The notes beneath the pieces were generated by a model. That model made no database searches. It saw only the letters and a list, made by a program, of their open reading frames with translations, and had not been told where the DNA came from. Positions 17,579-26,896 of a stretch of 64,000 nt of DNA are shown here, piece by piece (the stretch's first letter is position 1; the number at the start of each line of letters is the position of its first letter). The translations under genes were made by a program, and so were the position numbers. Source of the stretch: Treponemataceae bacterium (GTDB lineage Bacteria; Spirochaetota; Spirochaetia; Treponematales; Rectinemataceae); assembly GCA_963667725.2 (NCBI GenBank), contig CAXXHO010000003.1, positions 1,120,001-1,184,000 of the forward strand, given 5' to 3'.

Positions 17579-18943
17579 TCATTTCCCCGCGAAGAAAAGC
17601 AGGTCGCTGAAGGTGGCCAGGAAGAACAAAGCCATGATCATGGCCGCCCCGACAAACTGGAAGCGATAGATGGTCTTCGTGAGAAGAGGTTTCTTTCGAA
17701 GGATTTCGACGACGGAAAGCAGAATCTGGCCGCCGTCCAGGGCTGGTATCGGCAGGAGATTCATCAGGAAAAGGCTGACCGAGAGAAAGGCGAGAAAACT
17801 GAGGATCGTGGGGATGCCGGAAAGCCCCGAAGCCTTGATGCTTTCCTTGGCCGTATTGCCGACCATATAGGTTATCCGCGCCGGTCCAGAAACTGCCTTG
17901 AATACATTCACCCCGCTGAAGAGAAGCCCGATGCCCTTGACCGACATCGCGAAGGTATCGACCGTCTCTTTTCCGCCCTGGGCTACCGCCGCTGGAAGCG
18001 AAGAAGCCTTGTCGGTTCTCGAAATACTCTTGAAGCCTATCCCCAGATTAGATTGGCCGCCAGCTTCATACGAAAGCACCATCTTCACGGGAACGTACTG
18101 CCCGTCGCGCAGCAGCGTCATGGTGACGTTTTCGGGCTTGGATTCCAGGGCTGCCAGGATGCCGATGGAGTTTTCTATCGATTTTCCCTGGACTTCCGCT
18201 ATAATATCGCCCTTGCGTATGCCGGCGATGGAGGCGGCTCCCTGCGGATCAACATAGTCGACGATGGGATCTATCCACGCGTAGATTCCTATCAAGCCTT
18301 GCCCGGAATCTTTTTCCAGGCGGGGAGTGACGGGAATGGACAGGCGCTCTCCGCCGCGGTCCACCGAGAGAGTTAGGGCTTTGCCCGGATTGAGCCCGAT
18401 CATCTCCTGGAGATCCGAATAGTCGCGAACCTTAGTCCCGTCGATGGAGCTGATGATATCGCCTGACCTCAATCCGGCCTGATCGGCCGGTCCGCCTCCG
18501 GGGGATCCCGAGAGGGCGGATATCTCGCTCGCGAGTATGATCTTGTTGGGAGCCGTCTGAATCGTGATTCCCACGAGCGAAACGATGGAAAAAAGGACGA
18601 CGGCGAGAACGACGTTCGAAAGCGGGCCGGCGACAAGAATGAGTATCCTTTTCCAGGGCGAGGCGCCGTAAAAGGATCCTTTTTCGGAGGGAATCGTGGG
18701 CAGCTTTTTCTCCAGGGCGATCTTGAAATCTTCCTCGCCCTTCATCCTGCAGAAACCGCCGAGAGGGAAGGCCGATACGCGCCATTCGGTCTGGTTTTTC
18801 TTGAAGCCGAAGAGTTTCGGCCCCCAGCCTATGGAAAAGACCTCCACCTCCACGCCCATGGCGCGAGCCGCGAGGTAATGGCCGAATTCATGGATGATGA
18901 CGACGAAAGACAAGCCGATAAGGCCGAGAAGAACTGTCAGCAT
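17579..18943 (-). CDS. rseP: RIP metalloprotease RseP (M50 family, two PDZ domains)
   Basis: HEFGH, FSIGWG, NLLPIPALDGG. Confidence 0.94.
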   Translation of the reverse strand: MLTVLLGLIGLSFVVIIHEFGHYLAARAMGVEVEVFSIGWGPKLFGFKKNQTEWRVSAFPLGGFCRMKGEEDFKIALEKKLPTIPSEKGSFYGASPWKRILILVAGPLSNVVLAVVLFSIVSLVGITIQTAPNKIILASEISALSGSPGGGPADQAGLRSGDIISSIDGTKVRDYSDLQEMIGLNPGKALTLSVDRGGERLSIPVTPRLEKDSGQGLIGIYAWIDPIVDYVDPQGAASIAGIRKGDIIAEVQGKSIENSIGILAALESKPENVTMTLLRDGQYVPVKMVLSYEAGGQSNLGIGFKSISRTDKASSLPAAVAQGGKETVDTFAMSVKGIGLLFSGVNVFKAVSGPARITYMVGNTAKESIKASGLSGIPTILSFLAFLSVSLFLMNLLPIPALDGGQILLSVVEILRKKPLLTKTIYRFQFVGAAMIMALFFLATFSDLLFFAGK

Positions 18944-20097
18944 TGGTACTCCGTGAGAGCGAGATGCGCCAGGAAACGCGCTTTCTTGTCGAATTCAAAG
19001 ATACTGCCTATATCGGGAACAGGGAAAGACCAATCGTTGCTTAAAACCGAACGAACGACGGCTGGTATTCGCGTGAATCGGATTTTTTCCGCGTCGAAGG
19101 CTTCGACGGCTATTTCGTTGGCCGCGTTGTAGGCGATAGTAGCGGCTTCGCCTGAGCGGACCGCGTCCCTGGCCAGGGCGAGCATGGGAAAACGGCTGGT
19201 GTCGGGCGCCTCGAAACGCAGAGTTTTGCCCGCGAGGTCAAGGAAGCCGTAGGACGCATCCACTTCTTCAGGCCAATGGAGGGCGATATTGATGGGGAGA
19301 CGCATGTCCGGCATGGACATATGGGCGTAGAGGGCTCCGTCTTTAGTCCTTATGAGCGCGTGCACGATGCTTTCCGGGTGTACGAGTACCTTTACCTTAT
19401 CCTCGGGCAGGTCGAAAAGGCGCACCGCCTCTATGAGCTCGAGGCCCTTGTTGGCAAGCGTGGCCGAATCGATGCTGATTTTTCGTCCCATTTTCCAGAC
19501 AGGGTGGCTGGCCGCCTGGTCGGGACTTATGCTTTCCAATTCCGCGGGGGATTTATCGCGAAAGGGGCCGCCCGAGGCGGTAATCGTGAGTTCTTGCACG
19601 GAGCACTTGCCTATTCTGGAAACAAGCTGAAAGAGGGCCGCGTGTTCTGAATCCACGGGAATTATGGAAAGGCCCTTAGCGTCGGCAAGCGCCTTCAGGT
19701 GGCTGTAGCCCATGACCACCGATTCCTTGTTAGCCAGGGCGAGATTCTTGCCGGATGAAAGCGCCTCGATGGAGGCGAGGAGGCCGGCGGCGCCGGCAAT
19801 GCCGTTCACCGCCAGGTCGGCGTCGGAGTTCCTGATGAGGGAAGCGATCGCGCCGGCGCCGCGCCAGTCCATCCCGCGCTTCGTCCCGTTGCCCAACCCG
19901 CTCTCACCATTCATGGCGAGGAGGGCCCCTGGAAATTTCGCCCCTGCCGCCCAAAGCGCCTCGGCGTTCCTGTCGGCGGAAAGCCCCGTAACGATGAAGC
20001 TTCCTGGCGCCTTCCGGTTCGCGTCTTCGACGCAATCGATGGTCTGGCGGCCGATAGAACCCGTGGCGCCGAGAATGAGCACTTTTCTTGGATTCAT
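18937..20097 (-). CDS. dxr: 1-deoxy-D-xylulose-5-phosphate reductoisomerase
   Basis: LGATGSIG, LALANKES, PVDSEH, TASGGPFR, WKMGRKISIDSATLANKGLE. Confidence 0.96.
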   Translation of the reverse strand: MNPRKVLILGATGSIGRQTIDCVEDANRKAPGSFIVTGLSADRNAEALWAAGAKFPGALLAMNGESGLGNGTKRGMDWRGAGAIASLIRNSDADLAVNGIAGAAGLLASIEALSSGKNLALANKESVVMGYSHLKALADAKGLSIIPVDSEHAALFQLVSRIGKCSVQELTITASGGPFRDKSPAELESISPDQAASHPVWKMGRKISIDSATLANKGLELIEAVRLFDLPEDKVKVLVHPESIVHALIRTKDGALYAHMSMPDMRLPINIALHWPEEVDASYGFLDLAGKTLRFEAPDTSRFPMLALARDAVRSGEAATIAYNAANEIAVEAFDAEKIRFTRIPAVVRSVLSNDWSFPVPDIGSIFEFDKKARFLAHLALTEYQC

Positions 20098-20104
20098 GCT
20101 GCGC

Positions 20105-20986
20105 CTAAGCCAGAGGTGGGAAAAAGCCCAGCAGCGAGGAAATCAGCACGAAGATGGGCGCCGAGAAGAGGAGACTGTCGAAAGAATCCAGCACGCCGCC
20201 CCTGCCGGGCACCAGCGAACTGGAATCCTTGACGCCTGCCGAACGTTTCAACGCGCTCTCCGCTAGGTCTCCTACGATGACGGAGCAACCCATGGCAAAA
20301 CCGAGAAATATCGGACCGGCAAGAGAGCCGAATCCGCTTCCGGGAAAAATGAGATAGGAGATCAGGCCAGCGATTATCGAACCCGAGAATCCGCCTATGA
20401 AGCCCGCGAGGCTTTTGCCGGGAGAAACGGCGACGATTCCGCGTTTCCTGCCCAAGGTCACGCCGGTGAGCCATGCCAGGCTGTCGTTTCCGAAGGTCAT
20501 GAGGGTGAAGGTCAATACGGGGGCTACGTATTGGCCGAAACAGGAGGTGACGTAGACGAAAAAGGAACCCAGCACGCCGCAGTAGAAAAACACGAAAAGC
20601 GACGCTGCCGCGTTTGGGAGTATATCTGTGAATTCTTCTTTCTTCGCGAAGGCGAAGGGAGTGAGAACGACGAGGCTTCCCAAAACGGAAGCGGCCAGAA
20701 GCAATTCCAGTGCCGAGTTGTTTCCCGGAAGCATCGTTACGAGATCGGGAGATAGAAAAACGACGAGGCTGGCGGCAAGCGAGAGCATGACGATTAGATT
20801 CTTTCTTACCTTTATTTCCTTGGCGGCGAAAAGCGCCGAGGCCTCCCCGACAGCCAGGTACTGGACGACCAGGACGACCAGCAGAAGAAGAATATTCCTC
20901 CCGAAGGAGGCGAAAACCACCACGGCGATGAAGAGGGGGATGCCCAGGAAAAATATGAGCAGTCGCTGGATCGTGTTCTTGGTCAT
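20105..20986 (-). CDS. cdsA: Phosphatidate cytidylyltransferase
   Basis: SPGKS, GDLAESALKRSAGVKDS..LVPGRGGVLD..DS. Confidence 0.93.
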   Translation of the reverse strand: MTKNTIQRLLIFFLGIPLFIAVVVFASFGRNILLLLVVLVVQYLAVGEASALFAAKEIKVRKNLIVMLSLAASLVVFLSPDLVTMLPGNNSALELLLAASVLGSLVVLTPFAFAKKEEFTDILPNAAASLFVFFYCGVLGSFFVYVTSCFGQYVAPVLTFTLMTFGNDSLAWLTGVTLGRKRGIVAVSPGKSLAGFIGGFSGSIIAGLISYLIFPGSGFGSLAGPIFLGFAMGCSVIVGDLAESALKRSAGVKDSSSLVPGRGGVLDSFDSLLFSAPIFVLISSLLGFFPPLA

Positions 20987-21726
20987 TTCGTTCCCCCAAA
21001 GCGTCTGTCTCTCGATGCGTAATCATCGAGAGCGGCCTTCAGTTCATTCTCGCCGAAATCGGGCCAGAGGCAGTCCGAAAAATACAGTTCAGAATATGCC
21101 GATTGCCAGAGAAGAAAATTTGAAAGACGGCACTCGCCGCCTGTCCTGATGATAAGGTCGGGATCGGGAATTTCCGGATGGTCAAGGTTTCCGCTGATGT
21201 TTTCCATGGAGAAGCTGTCCTGAAAATCTCGTTCGCCGGCATTCGCGGCGTTATGGCCATCATCGTTGGCGCGATCGAGAGATGCGGCGATTTTCCCGAT
21301 GGCTCTGGCGAGTTCATCCCTGCCGCCATAGTTAATCGCCAGGTTTACCACCATTCCCGGGAAAGAAGCCGTATCCGCGGTCACCGAATCTATCTCCGCG
21401 AGAATATCGGGAGAAAGTCCCTTCCTGCAGCCTGAATGAATAACCTTGATCTTATTCTGCCGATAGAAGTCCAGTTCCGAGGATAGGTGATTCTTCACCA
21501 GCGTCATGAGAAACCCCACTTCCTCTTTGGCTCGTTTCCAGTTTTCCGTAGAGAAGGTGTACAGCGAAAGATATTGGATGCCAAGTCTGGACGAAGCGGC
21601 GACTATCTTTTTGGCGGCGACGAGTCCCTGCCTATGGCCTTCGGTCCTTGGCAGACCGCGTTTCGTCGCCCAGCGGCCGTTTCCGTCCATTATTATGGCG
21701 ACGTGAGCGGGGAGTGTGGAAGTCAT
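20983..21726 (-). CDS. uppS: Undecaprenyl diphosphate synthase
   Basis: HVAIIMDGNGRWA, FSTENWKR, NYGGRDE, RTGGECRLSNFLLWQ. Confidence 0.96.
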   Translation of the reverse strand: MTSTLPAHVAIIMDGNGRWATKRGLPRTEGHRQGLVAAKKIVAASSRLGIQYLSLYTFSTENWKRAKEEVGFLMTLVKNHLSSELDFYRQNKIKVIHSGCRKGLSPDILAEIDSVTADTASFPGMVVNLAINYGGRDELARAIGKIAASLDRANDDGHNAANAGERDFQDSFSMENISGNLDHPEIPDPDLIIRTGGECRLSNFLLWQSAYSELYFSDCLWPDFGENELKAALDDYASRDRRFGGTK

Positions 21727-22281
21727 TCAGACTTCCATAATTTCTTTTTCTTTTTCCTCGAGCACTTTGGTGATCTGGACGATGAAGGAATCCGTGAGTT
21801 TCTGAAGTTCATCCTCTTCCTTCTTCGTCAGGTCCTCGGGGACGCCACCCGCGGCGGCTTGCTTCTTCAGTTCTTCCAGACCGTCGCGGCGTATATTGCG
21901 AACGGCGACTTTCGACTGTTCAGCAATTGCCTTCGCCTGTTTGACCAATTCCTTCCTTCTCTGCTCGGTGAGGGGAGGAATTGCTATGCGGATCACCTTG
22001 CCGTCGTTGGAGGGGTTGAGCCCCAGTTCGGACTTGAGGATGGCTTTCTCGATTTCGGTGAAAAGGGTGCGGTCCCAGGGCTGGATGACAATGAGCCTGG
22101 CCTCCGGAACGGAGACGGTGGCAACCTGGGAAAGGGGGCTTTTTTGGCCGTAGTAATCGACTCTTATCTTGTCGAGGAGGGCGGGGGACGCGCGGCCGGT
22201 ACGTATGCCATTGAATTCATCCCTCAGCGACGAGATCGATTTCTTCATGCGCTCTTCGCACGTGGCTTTCACCGTTTCCAT
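21727..22281 (-). CDS. frr: Ribosome recycling factor
   Basis: IRTGRA, PPLTEQRRKELVK, AVRNIRRD. Confidence 0.97.
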   Translation of the reverse strand: METVKATCEERMKKSISSLRDEFNGIRTGRASPALLDKIRVDYYGQKSPLSQVATVSVPEARLIVIQPWDRTLFTEIEKAILKSELGLNPSNDGKVIRIAIPPLTEQRRKELVKQAKAIAEQSKVAVRNIRRDGLEELKKQAAAGGVPEDLTKKEEDELQKLTDSFIVQITKVLEEKEKEIMEV

Positions 22282-22309
22282 AATTCCTCCCCTTCGTATT
22301 CAATGAATC

Positions 22310-22335
22310 GCGGAGCGGCGAATACGCCGCTCCGC
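22310..22335. terminator. Strong hairpin between tsf and frr (terminator or mRNA-stabilising stem)
   Basis: Perfect 11-bp stem gcggagcggcg-aata-cgccgctccgc; only a weak U tract on the minus strand. Confidence 0.55.
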
Positions 22336-22365
22336 TTAAACCTTACCGATAGGGCGTCAGCCTTT

Positions 22366-23220
22366 TCAGGCGGCGTCTCCCACTTTGATGTATGAATAAC
22401 TTACGATCGCGAAATCAGCGCCCGTCTCTTTCTTGACGGCGGCCATGGCGGCCGAAACGCTCATTTTCTCGTCCTTGACGAAAGGCTGATCCAGGAGGCA
22501 GACCTCGGCCATGAGCTTTTTGAGCTTTCCGGCCAGAATGCCTTCGACGACCTTGGCCGGCTTGGACTTGAGCTTTTCGTCCAGCTCGACCTGCGCGGCG
22601 AAGATTTCCTGCTGTTCCTTCACCCAGCCGGCGTCTGGCTGGCTCTGGTCGAGGAACATCGGATTGAAGGCGGCGATATGGAGCGCCACGTCGTGTATGA
22701 AGGCTTTGACCTTCTCGTCGGCGAAAGCGGCGGCGGATTTCGCCTTGGCCCTGACGACGACGACGAGCTTGCCTTCGCCATGCGTATAGGTATGGAGATA
22801 CTCATCGGCAGCTGCTTCGAAATAGCGGACGCGCTTGAGGTTGATGTTTTCCTTGATGACGATGGCGATATCTTTCACCATGCCGTCCAGTTCCGCATTG
22901 GCTTCGTTGGCTTTCGCCACGTAGGCTTTTTCGGCGATCTTGTATCCGTCGGCGATGAAGTCGGCGTTCTTGGCGACGAAATCGGTTTCGCAGACGATTT
23001 CCGCGAGTCCGACGTTGCCGTCTCTTTCGACGAGGAAGATTTTGCCTTCGTTGGTGGCGCGGTTGGCCCTTTTCTCGAGGCCGGCCATTCCCCATTCGCG
23101 CAGAAGCTTTTCGGCGGCAGCGAAGTCGCCTTCGGCTTCGCTGAGCGCTTTCTTGCAGTCCATCATTCCGGCCCCAGTTTTTTCCCTGAGGCTCTTGATA
23201 TCGGAAGCTTTAATATCCAC
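22366..23220 (-). CDS. tsf: Elongation factor Ts
   Basis: LREKTGAGMMDCKKAL, CETDFVAKN, EVCLLDQPFVKD. Confidence 0.97.
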   Translation of the reverse strand: MDIKASDIKSLREKTGAGMMDCKKALSEAEGDFAAAEKLLREWGMAGLEKRANRATNEGKIFLVERDGNVGLAEIVCETDFVAKNADFIADGYKIAEKAYVAKANEANAELDGMVKDIAIVIKENINLKRVRYFEAAADEYLHTYTHGEGKLVVVVRAKAKSAAAFADEKVKAFIHDVALHIAAFNPMFLDQSQPDAGWVKEQQEIFAAQVELDEKLKSKPAKVVEGILAGKLKKLMAEVCLLDQPFVKDEKMSVSAAMAAVKKETGADFAIVSYSYIKVGDAA

Positions 23221-23231
23221 GATTCTGCTCC

Positions 23232-24125
23232 TTATTTCTTCTCGTAGAGCTTGTCTTCGTCGATGACAGGAAGGGCGGCTTCGGGTTCGGCTTCAGCGGC
23301 GGGAGCCACGGCTTCCTGAGCGACGGCGGCGGCCGCGTACGTGCTGATGTCGACTTCAACCTCGTCATCTTCCTTCTTTACGGCGTCGGTATGGACTTCT
23401 TCCACTTCCTCGACCGGCAGGCTTTCGACGATCTTGAGTCCTTCGGAAGCGCCGGCTTCGACGACGGCGTTGGCGATGATCTGGGTGAAGAGGCTGATGG
23501 AACGGATGGCGTCATCGTTGCCGGGAATGGGATAGGTGATCCCTTCGGGGTTGCAGTTGGTGTCCACGACGGCGACGATGGGGATGCCGAGGCGCTGGGC
23601 TTCGGCGACCGCGATGGCTTCCTTGCGGGTGTCGACCACGAAAAGGATGCCGGGCAGATCCTTCATCTCCTTGATGCCGCCAAGGTTCTTCTCCAGCTTG
23701 ATCTTCTCTTTCTGGAGGCTGGCGACTTCCTTCTTGGTCAGGCTTTCAAAAGTGCCGTCTACTTCCATGCGCTCGATTTTCTTGAGGCGCATGATGGATT
23801 TCTTGATGGTGGTGAAATTGGTGAGCATGCCGCCGAGCCATCTATTATTGACATAGAACTGCTCGCAGCGCTCGGATTCTTTCTGGATAGCGGTCTGAGC
23901 CTGCTTTTTCGTTCCAACGAAAAGTACGGTCTTGCCGGAGCTGACGACCTTCTGGACGGCGTCATAGGCGTCTTTGATCGCCTGAATGGTCTTCTGGAGA
24001 TCGATGATGTGAATCCCGTTGCGTTCCGCGAAGATGAATTTCTTCATCCTGGGATCCCAGCGCTTGACCTGGTGACCGAAATGCACACCGGATTCAAGCA
24101 GGTTCTTCATGGTAACTACTGCCAA
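23232..24125 (-). CDS. rpsB: 30S ribosomal protein S2
   Basis: [34 protein letters not shown] start after GGGAGG. Confidence 0.97.
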   Translation of the reverse strand: MAVVTMKNLLESGVHFGHQVKRWDPRMKKFIFAERNGIHIIDLQKTIQAIKDAYDAVQKVVSSGKTVLFVGTKKQAQTAIQKESERCEQFYVNNRWLGGMLTNFTTIKKSIMRLKKIERMEVDGTFESLTKKEVASLQKEKIKLEKNLGGIKEMKDLPGILFVVDTRKEAIAVAEAQRLGIPIVAVVDTNCNPEGITYPIPGNDDAIRSISLFTQIIANAVVEAGASEGLKIVESLPVEEVEEVHTDAVKKEDDEVEVDISTYAAAAVAQEAVAPAAEAEPEAALPVIDEDKLYEKK

Positions 24126-24319
24126 GAGTTCCTCCCGTGATCAGGCTAACCTGATCCCCTTCTCTGATTCTCGTCCCGGAATGTCGCCATAGCCGGGCGG
24201 AAGATTAAGTTGGCATCGCCGCGGCGGCGCCAACCCCGGCACTTGAAGTGCCGTTATGCTGGTACGATCGGAGGCCGGAAATATTCACGTGCAGCAGGGT
24301 GCGGAAGTTTCTAGTACAG

Positions 24320-24967
24320 CTAGGTGCGCCCGGTAGCTCCGAAGTCGTAATCAGCGTCTATGAGAATGCCATAAAGCTCGCGGATTGGCAAGCCCACCAC
24401 GCAGGACCATGATCCTTTCATCGCCTCGATGAAGCAGGAACCGCAGCCCTGGACACGGTACGCGCCGGCCGCTCCCCGCCATTCCTCCGTGTCCAGGTAC
24501 CCTTCGATTTCCCTTTCCGACATCGGCGCGAACCGCACCTTGGTCGATGAGCAGGCCGTATGGCGTATGCCGCTATCCAGATCGAGAAGGCAAAGACCGG
24601 AGAAAACCGTATGCGTCTTGCCGGCCATATAGGCGAGCATTGCCTTGGCTTCGGCCCTGTCGGCGGGCTTGCCGATCGTTTTCCATTTTCCGGAACGATT
24701 GAAGGCCACCAGCGTGTCAGCGGAGAGAAGAAGCCGTGGCTTTTTATCGCGTTCAGGGACGGCCGCCCCGGTATCGGTCTCGCGTTCCAGCATCGCCATT
24801 CCCGCCAAGGCCTTTTTCTCGGCCAGCGCTACGACCCTGTGCTCGGGGGCAAGATGATCGCAGACGCTTTCGTCTATATCGGGATGAAGGATCGTAAAGG
24901 GCAGGGAAAGGGAACGGAGAATCTCCTTCCGGCGGGGGGAGGAGGAAGCCAGTATTATCGTTTCCAT
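24320..24967 (-). CDS. maf: Maf family nucleoside triphosphate pyrophosphatase
   Basis: IILASSSPRRKEIL, SADTLV, GKP, AGAYRVQG, VVGLP. Confidence 0.92.
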   Translation of the reverse strand: METIILASSSPRRKEILRSLSLPFTILHPDIDESVCDHLAPEHRVVALAEKKALAGMAMLERETDTGAAVPERDKKPRLLLSADTLVAFNRSGKWKTIGKPADRAEAKAMLAYMAGKTHTVFSGLCLLDLDSGIRHTACSSTKVRFAPMSEREIEGYLDTEEWRGAAGAYRVQGCGSCFIEAMKGSWSCVVGLPIRELYGILIDADYDFGATGRT

Positions 24968-25029
24968 GCATAGATATTGGATAAAAATGGTCATGGGGTC
25001 TAGGGGGGAGTATTTGAAGGAGAATCTTA

Positions 25030-25059
25030 TTGACTATCATCGGGCGCGCGTACTAGTAT
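25030..25059 (+). promoter_or_regulatory. Sigma70-type promoter for tRNA-Arg
   Basis: TTGACT (25030-25035) - 18 nt - TAGTAT (25054-25059). Confidence 0.55.
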
Positions 25060-25110
25060 GAAACGCCTTTCGGGGAGCGCCAGACGCGCTCTCCCCTTGA
25101 AAAGAATCAA

Positions 25111-25184
25111 GGGCGATTAGCTCAGCTGGATAGAGCGTCGGCCTCCGGAGCCGAAGGTCGCGCGTTCGAATCGCGCATCGCTCA
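25111..25184 (+). tRNA. tRNA-Arg(CCG), CCA not encoded
   Basis: GGGCGAT/ATCGCTC acceptor stem, TCGGC-CTCCGGA-GCCGA anticodon arm, GCGCG-TTCGAAT-CGCGC T arm. Confidence 0.96.
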
Positions 25185-25288
25185 TTTTTTAAGAATTGTC
25201 TGTTTCCGTCTTTGTATTTTTCAAAAGAAAAATGAAAACTCCTTCCTCAATTTGTGCTTATATGGTATATATCTATTGAGGCTGATGG

Positions 25289-25624
25289 ATGAGCGCGATA
25301 GAAACGATGCTGCAAAGCGAATACCTGCATTTATACCGTTCCGTAACCAGGCTTAGGGAAGAATGTCTTCAGAGGCCGAAGGGTTCGCTCGCGATCAAGA
25401 AGCGGGGGAACGGCAGCTATGTCTACCTTGTGAAGAGGGAAAACGGCAAGGTCGTCACCGAGTATATCGGAAAACTGGGTACCTGGAAGACGAAGGGCGT
25501 GGAAGCCAAGGTAATCGAGCGCCGACGCTATGAAGCCGAGCTGAAAGAGGCGGAGATACAGATACATAAGCTGAAGAAATTGATGAAGGCGAGCGGTGCT
25601 TTTTTTGTTGAACCGACGCGATAA
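25289..25624 (+). CDS. Small basic hypothetical protein (helix - beta hairpin - coiled coil; DUF6788-like)
   Basis: GAGG RBS; PKGSLAIKKRGNGSYVYL...GKVVTEYIGK pattern; fills the gap after tRNA-Arg. Confidence 0.7.
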   Translation: MSAIETMLQSEYLHLYRSVTRLREECLQRPKGSLAIKKRGNGSYVYLVKRENGKVVTEYIGKLGTWKTKGVEAKVIERRRYEAELKEAEIQIHKLKKLMKASGAFFVEPTR

Positions 25625-25692
25625 GTATTGTAAACTGATTCTATTGTATGTTTAAACCGCTTTTCGCGGATAATTGCTGAAAAGAAGGATTG

Positions 25693-26841
25693 ATGAAAGA
25701 CATCTTCGCGGTCCACCTGGCCGAATATGAAGCCTCTCCAGCCTGTGTAGCCTCCGCGCCGGCGACGGTCAAGCTTCTTGGGGAACATACAGCCAACAGC
25801 GATGGCATCGTGCTGGCGGCGGCGATCTCCTATGAGATGAAGGTTGCCATTTCCCAGCGCAAAGATTCTTCCATGCGGTTTTTTGCATCCGACCTGGGCG
25901 AACGCAAGAGAGCCTCCACGGGAACCCTGAAATTCAAGCGCGAAGATCGCTGGGCTAACCACGTCAAATCCATCTACGATTATTTCTCCAAACTTTATGA
26001 TTTTCAGGGAAAGGGAATTAATGTCACGATAAGCGGAAATGTGCCTCAAGGCTTGGGCCTGGGCATCTCAGCCGCCATAAACATGGCCACTGCCTTGGCG
26101 CTCAAGACCGTTTTCAACCTCTCCATCAAGAATGAGGAACTTGCCGAACTCGCTTGCAAGGCTCAGTCCGTTTTTATGGAAAAACCATTGCCCATGTACG
26201 ATTACCTCGCGGGCATAGCCCCCGGGATTCGATCGCTTTCCATCATCGATCTGAGGATTCCCCGCAGAAGAGCCGTGCAGTTCCTGGACGAAACGTGGAA
26301 TCTCGTTCTTACGGATTCTCGCGTGCCACGAGCCTCGGCCGAGCTCGAGCTTAAGCAGCGCGCCGACGATTGCAGGCGATGCCTGCAGTATATTTCCCCC
26401 AGAGGGAACAAGACTCTTAGGGATGTTCGTATATCTGACCTCGACGAACTCATGGGGGTATTGCCCGAGAGCGTTCGGAGACGATGCATCCACGTCGTCG
26501 AGGAGACTTCCAGGGTTCTGGAAGCCGAAGACGCGTTGGCGAAGCAGGATGCGCCGGCCTTCGGCAGAATCATGAACAAGTCGCACGCTTCCTTGAGAAA
26601 TCACTACGAAATTTCCTGTCCCGAGGTTGACTGGCTCGTGAAGAGGTCCCTTGAGATCGACGGAATTCTTTGTTCACGCATGACAGGTCCTGGATTCGGC
26701 GGCTGCATTTTTTCCGTGATGAAACAGGATGCCCTCGAAGAATACCGAAAGCGTCTCGAGGAATATGAACGAATTTTCGGTTTCAAGGCACAGATATATG
26801 AAACCTCTATAAATGGCGGCATGAGAGTAGTCACGTACTAA
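25693..26841 (+). CDS. Galactokinase-family (GHMP) protein with degenerate motifs
   Basis: LLGEHT, PQGLGLGISAA, SHASLRNHYEISCPEVD, SRMTGPGFGGC. Confidence 0.85.
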   Translation: MKDIFAVHLAEYEASPACVASAPATVKLLGEHTANSDGIVLAAAISYEMKVAISQRKDSSMRFFASDLGERKRASTGTLKFKREDRWANHVKSIYDYFSKLYDFQGKGINVTISGNVPQGLGLGISAAINMATALALKTVFNLSIKNEELAELACKAQSVFMEKPLPMYDYLAGIAPGIRSLSIIDLRIPRRRAVQFLDETWNLVLTDSRVPRASAELELKQRADDCRRCLQYISPRGNKTLRDVRISDLDELMGVLPESVRRRCIHVVEETSRVLEAEDALAKQDAPAFGRIMNKSHASLRNHYEISCPEVDWLVKRSLEIDGILCSRMTGPGFGGCIFSVMKQDALEEYRKRLEEYERIFGFKAQIYETSINGGMRVVTY

Positions 26842-26896
26842 AGACTTTTTAGGCCGCAATGTATCGTTGGCCACAAAAAACTACCCGGAGCAGTAT

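Noticed and set aside
20094..21026. 310-aa alternative-frame ORF over cdsA
   Set aside because: The cdsA frame carries the family motifs; this one is Arg-rich noise
25111..25690. Possible integrative element at tRNA-Arg
   Set aside because: No integrase and no direct repeat of the tRNA 3' end seen; only one small gene (reported as a finding)
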